A DNA stretch of 64,000 nt, taken from NCBI GenBank assembly GCA_963692865.2, contig OY843592.1:1248001-1312000 (forward strand). The letters run 5' to 3'. The notes under the pieces were generated by a model that was not told where the DNA came from, ran no database searches, and worked only from the letters and a program-made list of their open reading frames with translations. This DNA comes from a bacterium. GTDB taxonomy: Bacteria > UBA8248. The position numbers and the translations under genes were made by a program. Below, one piece after another: positions 56,424 through 64,000 of this stretch; positions within the stretch are counted from its first letter, which is position 1; every line of letters starts with the position of its first letter.

Positions 56424-57271
56424 GCGGGACTCGGCTTGATCTGTGAGGTGAGCGCCCGCATGGCGCGTGTTGCGGCGGCCAGCGTCCTGGCGTAGGGCTC
56501 GTCTTTTCTTCTGAGTTCGAGCGCGAGCGATCCCGAATAGCCGCAGGCGTCGAGCGTCGTGAAGAAAGAAGGCCACTCGAACGCGCCCTCTCCGGGTATC
56601 AGGTGCGCGTCGCTTCGGCCGTCGTTGTCGTGCAGATGCGTCGCGGCGCAAAACGGCGCGAGGCGCTCGACCCCGCCCGGCGCGTTTTCCCCCTCGGTGA
56701 TGAGGGCGTGGCCGGTGTCGATGCAGGTTTTGAGCCTCGGGTGGCCGATGCGGGAGACGAAATCAGCCAGAGGTTCGGCGCGGCCCAGGGCGGAGGGGAT
56801 GTTCTCGATCGCGATGACGGCATCTGACTCATCCGCCACGGGGAGAAGCCGCGCGATGCTCGCTTCCAGCGCCTCGCAGGTGTCCTCATCTCCCGCTTCG
56901 CCCGGCGCGCTCGGGTGGATCACGGCGACCCTCGCGCCCAGGGGGCGGAAGGCGCGCAGGGCTTGAATCGTTTTATCGATCGCCGCCTCGCGGGCGTCCT
57001 TATCGGGAGCGGCGAGGGAGAGCCAGCGCCCTTGTCTCGCCTCGGCGAGATCCGCATAAAAAGGCGCATGGAAGGTGGATGTCGAGAGGGAGAGGTCGGA
57101 CACCCAGCCCTTGAGGTTTTCAAGTCTTTCCTTATCGTTCACGTCGAAATGGGGCGTCATCGCCCACAACTCGATTTTATCGAATCCGGCGTCGGCCGCT
57201 GCTCTTAAATGCTCGAAGCGGAGCGGTTCATAGGCGAACAGATGCGCAGATAGGGCGAGATCGGGTGTCAA
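56420..57271 (-). CDS. Sugar-phosphate isomerase/epimerase (xylose isomerase-like TIM barrel)
   Basis: TTG start after gaagga; GFDKIELW, HAPF, AIEN, DTGHA, HLHDNDG..DAHLIPGEG, LALE. Confidence 0.88.
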   Translation of the reverse strand: MTPDLALSAHLFAYEPLRFEHLRAAADAGFDKIELWAMTPHFDVNDKERLENLKGWVSDLSLSTSTFHAPFYADLAEARQGRWLSLAAPDKDAREAAIDKTIQALRAFRPLGARVAVIHPSAPGEAGDEDTCEALEASIARLLPVADESDAVIAIENIPSALGRAEPLADFVSRIGHPRLKTCIDTGHALITEGENAPGGVERLAPFCAATHLHDNDGRSDAHLIPGEGAFEWPSFFTTLDACGYSGSLALELRRKDEPYARTLAAATRAMRALTSQIKPSPA

Positions 57272-57364
57272 GGGTTTTCCTTCGTTCAGGGGGCGGTGAA
57301 GCGCGCTTGATGGGAGCCGATTATACGCTCCCTGAGATGAGAGCGGCAACGCGGAGCCGGAGGC

Positions 57365-57471
57365 GGGGTTGTTGAGAAAGCCCGAAGAGGGAGAGTTTGC
57401 CGTCATTCCGGCTTTCGCCGGAATGACGGTGTTGGTCAGTTCCGAGCGACGCGGACTTTTTCAACAACCCC
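57365..57471. mobile_element. MITE-like element abutting CTCAAGGGGGGAGTG
   Basis: ggggttgttgagaaag...ctttttcaacaacccc|ctcaaggggggagtg, enclosing a gtcattccggc palindrome. Confidence 0.6.
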
Positions 57472-57565
57472 CTCAAGGGGGGAGTGAATTTCGGTGCGCT
57501 CCTTTTGGGCTTCTTCGACAACCTCATGCGCGCTGTTCACAAGACGAAAAACCGCCTTGAGCCTG

Positions 57566-57611
57566 TTGACAAGGGGGCCTGCGGGCTGATACTGGTCATA
57601 CCATCTGACCA
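57566..57611 (+). promoter_or_regulatory. Putative sigma70 promoter with overlapping FadR/GntR-type operator
   Basis: TTGACA at 57566, GATACT -10, then TGGTCATACCA and catctGACCA (TGGT-N3-ACCA is typical of FadR-subfamily sites). Confidence 0.7.
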
Positions 57612-57700
57612 GGAAGTTTTCAGATTGATTAAACAGTGATTATCCCCGTGTGGTTTCACCTCTTCGCTCGGGATGGTTTGCGTCCCCAGGAGGCGGTTTC

Positions 57701-58435
57701 TTGCTCAGGCCGGTGAGAAAAACGAGGCTCTATGAAGACGTGGTGGAGCAGATCCAGCAGCTCATCCGCACGCGCAAGCTCACGCCCGGCGACAGGCTGC
57801 CCTCTGAGCGCGAACTCGCGGCGACGCTCGGCATCGGGCGGCCTTCGGTGCGCGAAGCCCTGCGCGCGCTCGACACCACGGGCCTCATCGAGGTGAGGAG
57901 CGGGCAGGGCGCTTTTCTCAGAAACCTCACGGTGGACCCTTATCTCGCCACGGTGCGCGAGAGCCTCGCGTTTCTGCTCGACGTGAAGGAAGACACCCTC
58001 CTCGAACTCTGGGAGGTGCGCCAGGGGCTGGAGGAGCAGATCGCGCGCCTGACGGCGGAGCGCAGAACCGAAGCGCAGATCGAAAGCCTGCGCGGCCATA
58101 CCGAGGAGATGCGAAAGCGCATCGACAGGCCCGAGGCCTTCGTGCGCGCGGGCGTCGCCTGGCACCGCGCGCTGTGCGAGGCGGCGGAGAACGCCGTCTT
58201 GCGGACGGTGTGGGAGGCCATCGCAGGGTTGATTGAGAAGAGCCAGCGCAAGATCATCGGAACGCCCGGCCAGCCGGACGAGGCGCTTCTTCAGCACGAG
58301 AAGCTGTTGGCTGCGGTCGAGGCGGGCGAGCCCGAATGCGCCGCGCTCGCCATGCGCGAGCACATGGCGGCCGAGGGCGCGCGGCTCAAAGAAGCGCTGG
58401 CCGTATCACGAAACGGAAGCAGGCTGCGCGTCTGA
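57701..58435 (+). CDS. FadR/GntR family transcriptional regulator
   Basis: aggagg RBS before TTG; PGDRLPSERELA..LGIGRPSVREAL; FCD domain. Confidence 0.93.
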   Translation: MLRPVRKTRLYEDVVEQIQQLIRTRKLTPGDRLPSERELAATLGIGRPSVREALRALDTTGLIEVRSGQGAFLRNLTVDPYLATVRESLAFLLDVKEDTLLELWEVRQGLEEQIARLTAERRTEAQIESLRGHTEEMRKRIDRPEAFVRAGVAWHRALCEAAENAVLRTVWEAIAGLIEKSQRKIIGTPGQPDEALLQHEKLLAAVEAGEPECAALAMREHMAAEGARLKEALAVSRNGSRLRV

Positions 58436-58528
58436 GTGGGCGCGCTTTATGGTTGCCGGAACTACCGGATTTTTTTCGTGACGTTTTTTTGAACGCTTCA
58501 CCCCTTTTTCCGCATAGGAGGAATCTTG

Positions 58529-59878
58529 ATGGTGGAAATGAGCAAACAAGGCATGCCGATGGACTTTTTGCAGAAAGAGCACTACCAGTCCCCCCGGCGC
58601 GTCTTCAGCCAGACGGGCAGCGATTGGCAGCGCCGCGTCGACTTCGACCAGATGCGCAAGGACAGGCTCGCCCGCGCCAAGGCGATGATGGAAAAGCACG
58701 ACATGGACGCCATCATCATGTACAAGGGCGAGAACATCCGCTACACCGCGTCGGTCTTCCAGGGCAACTGGAAGAACAACATCTTCATCCGCTACGCCGT
58801 GCTCTGCAGGGGAGCCGAGACGCCGGTGCTCTTCGAGACGGCGGGTTCCGACTATGAGTGCGCCAAGATCGACGCGCCCTGGCTCGAGGGCAACATCCGC
58901 CCCGCCATCACCTGGAAGTGGTCCGAGACCGCCGAGCAGATGATGGTGAACCGCATGGCGGATTCGGTCATCGACGTTCTCAAGGAGAACAACATTCCGC
59001 TGAACGGGCGGATCGGCATCGACATCATGGACATGCAGGCCTACAGCGCCTTCACCGAGAAGGGCGTGAACCTGGTGAACGCGTGGCCGGCGATGAGCGA
59101 GGCGCGCGTCATCAAGACGCCCGAGGAGATCGAGTGCCTCAAGATCAGCTCCACCATCGGCGACACCTGCATGTGGAAGATCAGGAACGAATGGCTCAAG
59201 CCCGGCATCCGCGAGTGCGACCTCACCGCGTGGGTGAACAACCTGCTCTATGAAGAGGGCTTCGACTTCGTCTACGACATCATCGTCGCCTCGGGCGGCA
59301 ACACCAGCCCCTACCGCCGCTGGCACACCGACAAGATGATCCGGGACGGCGACCTCGTCGTCGTCGACATCAACGCCATCGGTCCGGGCGGCTACTTCGT
59401 CGACTACGTGCGCTGCTTCAAGTGCGGCGGCGGCTGGACGAAGAAGGAAAAAGAGCTCTACCGGGAGGTCTACGACACGATGTACGCGGGCATGACCCAG
59501 CTCGTGCCGGGCAAGACGTCCAAGGACGTGGCCGAGCAGTTCCCCGTCTACGCAGACGACAGGTACGGCACCGTGACGCTCCAGCAGTTCGCGCACTCCA
59601 TCGGCCTGGACCTCTATGAGGGCATGTGGATCAGCCGCGCCTACAGCCTCGATTACCCGGTGGAGATCAAGGAGAACATGTACTTCGCCATCGAGACGTT
59701 CGCCGGCCATCCGGGCCTCCCCCAGACGGTGCGCCTGGAAGAGAACGTGCTCGTCGGCCCCGACGGCCCCGTCGTCTTCACGGGCTCCTCGCACTACGAC
59801 GAGTGCATCGAGGATTCGCCCTACTTCGACTTCTCGGCGAAGTCGCGCGGCGAGCCCCGCTTCGAGCTGCCCGAGTAG
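58529..59878 (+). CDS. M24 family (Xaa-Pro peptidase/creatinase-like) hydrolase
   Basis: aggagg RBS; ENIRY, ARVIKTPEEI, metal ligands D..D..H(AHSIG)..E(AIET)..E(RLEE). Confidence 0.9.
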   Translation: MVEMSKQGMPMDFLQKEHYQSPRRVFSQTGSDWQRRVDFDQMRKDRLARAKAMMEKHDMDAIIMYKGENIRYTASVFQGNWKNNIFIRYAVLCRGAETPVLFETAGSDYECAKIDAPWLEGNIRPAITWKWSETAEQMMVNRMADSVIDVLKENNIPLNGRIGIDIMDMQAYSAFTEKGVNLVNAWPAMSEARVIKTPEEIECLKISSTIGDTCMWKIRNEWLKPGIRECDLTAWVNNLLYEEGFDFVYDIIVASGGNTSPYRRWHTDKMIRDGDLVVVDINAIGPGGYFVDYVRCFKCGGGWTKKEKELYREVYDTMYAGMTQLVPGKTSKDVAEQFPVYADDRYGTVTLQQFAHSIGLDLYEGMWISRAYSLDYPVEIKENMYFAIETFAGHPGLPQTVRLEENVLVGPDGPVVFTGSSHYDECIEDSPYFDFSAKSRGEPRFELPE

Positions 59879-59993
59879 CGCTTACAAGCCTCCCGTCCGT
59901 GTCCCCGCCGCCTGGGGCGCGGGCGGGAGCGTCTTTCAAATTCGCGATGCAGGGGAAATCGCCTCCCGAAAAGGCGAATAGGAGAATCATGAG

Positions 59994-61214
59994 ATGAGCG
60001 AACCCTGGAACACCGATATGTGGTTCACCAGCCCGTGGAACTTCGAGGGCGAGGTGACCTCCAATATCAAGTTCGACCCCAACCCCAAGATCCACGACGT
60101 GACGCTCCGGGACGGCGAGCAGCAGGCGGGCGTCATGTTCAACAAGGACGAGAAGATCCGTATCGCCGAAGCCCTGGCCGAGACGGGCGTGCACCGCATC
60201 GAGGCCGGCATGCCGGTGGTCTCGCCGTCTGACGAGGCGGCGATCCGCGAGATCGTCAAACGCCTCGAAGGCACGGACACCGAGGTGTTCAGCTTCGCGC
60301 GCTGCATGGCGGACGACGTGAAGCGCTCCGCCGACACGGGCGTCAAGGGCGTCGTGATGGAAGTGCCCAGTTCCACGCACATGATCGAGCGCGCCTACAA
60401 GTGGGAGCTCGACAAGGCCATCGACACCTCCGTCAAGGCCACGCAGGTGGCGAAGGAATGCGGCCTCTACACCGTGTTCTTCCCCATCGATTTCTCCCGC
60501 GCCCCGCTCGACTGGGTGCTGGGCCTGCTCAAGAAGGTGGCGACCGAGGGCCATATGGACGCGCTGGCGATCGTGGACACGTTCGGCGTGCTCAGCCCCC
60601 ACACCGTGCCCTACGTCATCAAGAAGATGCGCGAGGTCTTCCCGGACGAGCCATTCGAGCCCCATTTCCACGACGACTACGGGATGGGCGTCGCCAACAC
60701 GCTGATGGCGATGGCCGAAGGCTGCCAGGTGGCGCAGACTTCCGTGAGCGGCATCGGCGAGCGCGCGGGCAACGCGGCGTACGAGGAACTCGCCCTCGCC
60801 ATGCTCACCATGTACGACGTGGATATGGGCCTCAAGACCGAGAAATTCACCGAGGTGTCCAGGCTCGTGCAGGAATGCGGTCGCATCAGCCTCGCGCCCA
60901 ACCGCTGCGTGGTGGGCGACAACCTCTACGACATCGAGAGCGGAATCATCGTGAGCTGGCTCAAGAACTGCGAGAAGGACTTCCCGACCGAACTCGTGCC
61001 CTTCCGCGCCGGCCTCGTCGGCCAGAGCGAACCGGAACCCGTCATCGGCAAGGGAAGCGGTATCGACTCCATCAACCTCTTCCTGGAGCAGTTGGGCATC
61101 ACGGCCTCGGAAGAAGAGAAAATGGCGCTCCTGATGGACGTGAAGGAGAAATCCCTGAGCCTCCATCGCCTCCTCACGATGGACGAGTTCAAGGAGCTGG
61201 CGGGCGCGAAGTAG
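59994..61214 (+). CDS. DRE-TIM metallolyase (homocitrate/isopropylmalate synthase-like, no regulatory domain)
   Basis: HDVTLRDGEQ, IEAG, DTFG, HFHDDYG, GIGERAGNA. Confidence 0.9.
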   Translation: MSEPWNTDMWFTSPWNFEGEVTSNIKFDPNPKIHDVTLRDGEQQAGVMFNKDEKIRIAEALAETGVHRIEAGMPVVSPSDEAAIREIVKRLEGTDTEVFSFARCMADDVKRSADTGVKGVVMEVPSSTHMIERAYKWELDKAIDTSVKATQVAKECGLYTVFFPIDFSRAPLDWVLGLLKKVATEGHMDALAIVDTFGVLSPHTVPYVIKKMREVFPDEPFEPHFHDDYGMGVANTLMAMAEGCQVAQTSVSGIGERAGNAAYEELALAMLTMYDVDMGLKTEKFTEVSRLVQECGRISLAPNRCVVGDNLYDIESGIIVSWLKNCEKDFPTELVPFRAGLVGQSEPEPVIGKGSGIDSINLFLEQLGITASEEEKMALLMDVKEKSLSLHRLLTMDEFKELAGAK

Positions 61215-61270
61215 ATATTACCGCGTAGAAGCGGGTTGGTATTTGGCCCGCGCACGGCAGAAGTAAAATG

Positions 61271-61301
61271 AAAGGGCGGCTCGCGAGGGCCGCCCTTTTT
61301 T
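61271..61301 (+). terminator. Rho-independent terminator
   Basis: aaagggcggc...gccgccctttttt. Confidence 0.8.
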
Positions 61302-61340
61302 GTGCAGGTTCCCGTCGGAGACCAGGAACACACGCTATCC

Positions 61341-61887
61341 GGGGTTGTTGGAGAAGACCTTATTTCCTGATTCGGTGTATAGAGCCGACCGGGAAGGAAG
61401 GGTTCGACGCGAGGGGGTGTAGCCGGACAACCCCTCCTCGGGTTTGTCCGGCCCTCCGTGGTTGTCCTTTTGTAGGATGGTTACAATCAGGACAGGCACG
61501 GAGGCCTGTCCCTACATACCCTCTACTTGCAAGGCCGTATGTGGGGTTTTTCAAAAGCCCCTTGAGGGTCGGGCACAATCAACGAGAGAGGAATTTCACT
61601 CCCCCCCCCTTGAGGGGGCTGTTGAAAAATCCCTCGACGCAGGAAAACCACCGTCATTCCGGCGAAAGCCGGAATCCATTTTACGCCTTTTGCCTTTCGT
61701 CGGGTTTCTCGCGCCTCGGCGGGGAATGAAACGCCGTCATTCATTCATCCGCATCCGCAAATGGATTCCGGCTTTCGCCGGAATGACGAACGAAAATCAA
61801 ATTCGTCGTGGGCCCCGAGAAGTCGGTTCCGACCGAAGAGGGAGGAACCGCCGCCTACCGTAGGGACAGGTCGCGACCTGTCCCTAC
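61341..61887. repeat. REP/MITE mosaic
   Basis: ggggttgttgga...tttcaaaagcccc|ttgagggtcgg; cccttgag|ggggctgttgaaaaa; gtcattccggc pair; gtagggacaggtcgcgacctgtccctac. Confidence 0.85.
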
Positions 61888-62011
61888 CAGGGCATCGCGG
61901 TTGAGTTCACATTCCCCGGCGCGCATTTTCCGGGCGATGGACTTATAGCGTCGTCTTTTTTATCATTTCCGCATCAAACAGATTTCGACTCCCCGCACCG
62001 GAGGATTCCCC

Positions 62012-62734
62012 ATGACGGACTGGAAGAAAAAACTCGGCTTCATCGTTCCATCCTGGAACACGGTGATGGAGTACGAATGCCAGCGCATGGCGCCTGCGGG
62101 CGTTTCGGTCCACTTCACGCGCATCGCCCATACGGACGATGAGGAGGAAACCCTCCTGCACATGATAGAGGTGGTGCCCGAACTCGCCGACTTGCTCGGC
62201 CACGCGAGCCTGGACGCCATCTGCTTCGGCTGTACGGGTGGCAGCTTCGTGCGCCCGGGCATGGATGAGGACATCATGGCGGTCATCGAGGAGCGGACGG
62301 GCATACCCGCCACCACGACCTCCACCGCCCTCACCGAGGCCATGCGCGAGATGGGCGTCGCCAGGGTGGCGCTCGCCTCGCCCTATCCCCAGTGGCTGAA
62401 CGACAGGCTCACGACATTCCTCAAGGACAAGGGAATCGAGGTGGTGGCCGAGCGGGGCCGGAACGTCGAGTGCCCCGCCTTCCTGCCGCCCGAGAACTCC
62501 GAAGCCCTGGCGCGCGAGGTGGACTGCGCGGAGGCCGACGGCATCTTCATCAGTTGCACGAACTTCCGCTCGCTCGAATCGGTGGACGCCCTCGAAGCCG
62601 CGCTCGGAAAACCCGTGCTCACGAGCAACACCACGGCCATGTGGCACACGCTGAGAAAAGCGGGATTCGATGGAGAAGCCACCGCAGGCGGCGTACTGAT
62701 GCGCGAACATCTGGCGCCCGCTCGTCGCGCCTAG
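62012..62734 (+). CDS. Maleate cis-trans isomerase / Asp-Glu racemase family protein
   Basis: GFIVPSWNTVMEYE, FGCTGGS, SPY, ISCTN, PVLTSN (two catalytic Cys). Confidence 0.9.
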   Translation: MTDWKKKLGFIVPSWNTVMEYECQRMAPAGVSVHFTRIAHTDDEEETLLHMIEVVPELADLLGHASLDAICFGCTGGSFVRPGMDEDIMAVIEERTGIPATTTSTALTEAMREMGVARVALASPYPQWLNDRLTTFLKDKGIEVVAERGRNVECPAFLPPENSEALAREVDCAEADGIFISCTNFRSLESVDALEAALGKPVLTSNTTAMWHTLRKAGFDGEATAGGVLMREHLAPARRA

Positions 62735-62741
62735 ATCCGCT

Positions 62742-63905
62742 ATGACCGACAGGAGCCGCCGTGGCCAGGGGTGGGTGACGGAGGAGTTCTACAAGGTACA
62801 CGACGTCTACGCTTTCCGCTCGGTGATGTACGTGGAGTGGGGCTTCCGGCCCGCCGACGTACGGCGGACGACCGAGCGCATCAAGACGCCGGGCCAGGCG
62901 CCCAAGGAGTGGGCGCGCACCGCCGCCCAGGAAGAAGCCCTCGCGCGCGAAGCGGAAGCCGCCGGCCACCGTGAATCGGCGGCGGAGTTCTACCACCGCG
63001 CGGCGCTGTATTACGGCCCCGCCTGCGGCGTCATCCACAAGAACACTGCGCAAAAGCTCGAACTCTACGCGAAGATGATCGCCTGCTACGAGAAGTTCAT
63101 CGAGCTTTTCGATGAAGCGCCCGTCGAGCGGGTGGAGATTCCCTTCGAGAACGGGAAGACGATTCCGGGCATCCTGCAGACCGTGCCGGGCGTGCCGAAT
63201 GCGCCTTGCGTCGTCATCGTGCCGGGGATGGACACCATCAAGGAGTTCCTGCCGAACCCCTACCACAACCACTTCCGGCGGCGCGGCCTCGCCACGCTCA
63301 GCATCGACGGCCCCGGCCAGGGGGAGAGCAACACGCGCGAGACCTGGGTGACGCTGGACAACTTTGAGCGCGCGGGCTCCGCCGCCATCGACTATCTCGA
63401 ACCCCGCCCCGAGGTGGACGCCGGTAAAATCGGCCTTTACGGCTGGAGCATGGGCAGCTACTGGGGGCCGCGGGTGGCGGCGCACGATTCGCGTCTCAAG
63501 GCCTGCGTGGGCGCGATGGGCGTCTACCTCCAGAAAGACTCGATTTTCAAACACGGAAAGCCCGCCTACCGCGCGAACTACAAGTACATGTCCAACATCC
63601 ATGACGAGGATGAGTTCGACGCCATGGCCGAACAGATGACGCTGGAGCATATCGCCGGCGACATTAAGTGTCCCACTCTGCTCGCGATGGGCGAGTTCGA
63701 CGAGCTTTGTCCGCTCGAGGACGCCGAGCGGCTCTTCGACCTCCTGGGCGGCCCGAAAGAGCTTTGGGTCTATGAGAACGAGGCCCACACGATGGGCGGT
63801 CGCTTGCCCGATTTCTATCTCATGGTGGCCGACTGGCTGCGCGACGCCATTGAGGGCCGTTTCGGCCCCGACCACGCCGTGCGCCGCTTCTTCGAGGCGC
63901 GCTGA
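62742..63905 (+). CDS. Alpha/beta hydrolase (2,6-dihydroxypseudooxynicotine hydrolase/FrsA-like)
   Basis: N-terminal helical cap, PGMDTIKE, DGPGQGE, GWSMGSY, D and H triad residues. Confidence 0.85.
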   Translation: MTDRSRRGQGWVTEEFYKVHDVYAFRSVMYVEWGFRPADVRRTTERIKTPGQAPKEWARTAAQEEALAREAEAAGHRESAAEFYHRAALYYGPACGVIHKNTAQKLELYAKMIACYEKFIELFDEAPVERVEIPFENGKTIPGILQTVPGVPNAPCVVIVPGMDTIKEFLPNPYHNHFRRRGLATLSIDGPGQGESNTRETWVTLDNFERAGSAAIDYLEPRPEVDAGKIGLYGWSMGSYWGPRVAAHDSRLKACVGAMGVYLQKDSIFKHGKPAYRANYKYMSNIHDEDEFDAMAEQMTLEHIAGDIKCPTLLAMGEFDELCPLEDAERLFDLLGGPKELWVYENEAHTMGGRLPDFYLMVADWLRDAIEGRFGPDHAVRRFFEAR

Positions 63906-64000
63906 GTACGCGATTATCCCTTCACGCCGCCGCCCGGCGGTGTTTCCGAAAATTTCACTAGATTTTCCAAGAGGACCCAACCAATGAGCCTGAGAGACAT

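Overview
High-GC bacterial chromosomal window, probably from a diderm (it encodes a Slam outer-membrane protein); taxonomy cannot be fixed from the sequence. About 45 credible CDSs. Main blocks: (i) a TbpB-like surface lipoprotein beside a Slam/type XI secretion translocon, bracketed by a ~370-bp direct repeat; (ii) transport and metabolic genes (Cache protein, TauD, MFS, tandem SulP); (iii) SCO, coproheme decarboxylase, a cupredoxin-like protein and a selA-hydrolase-selB-class V aminotransferase cluster; (iv) an arfB-centred accessory hotspot where duplicated arfB 5' and 3' ends delimit mostly AT-rich cassettes (ATPase plus nuclease-like pair, two MBL-fold hydrolases, Fic and type ISP R-M remnants); (v) ppk2, an ABC solute-binding protein, DJ-1, MFS, peptidase C26, DUF3604-like and YchF-like genes; (vi) an MshA-like GT / PIG-L / two GNAT / kinase / NagZ operon; (vii) a GntR-led catabolic cluster. 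Three separate AT-rich modules pair an ABC/AAA ATPase with a small PD-(D/E)XK-like protein and are candidate defence systems. Intergenic DNA is packed with several REP-like palindrome families and a MITE-like element (ends GGGGTTGTTGAAAAA) that repeatedly sits at the same 5-bp site inside one REP family. I found no rRNA, tRNA, CRISPR array, integrase or transposase. All functional calls come from recognising motifs by eye, not from database searches.
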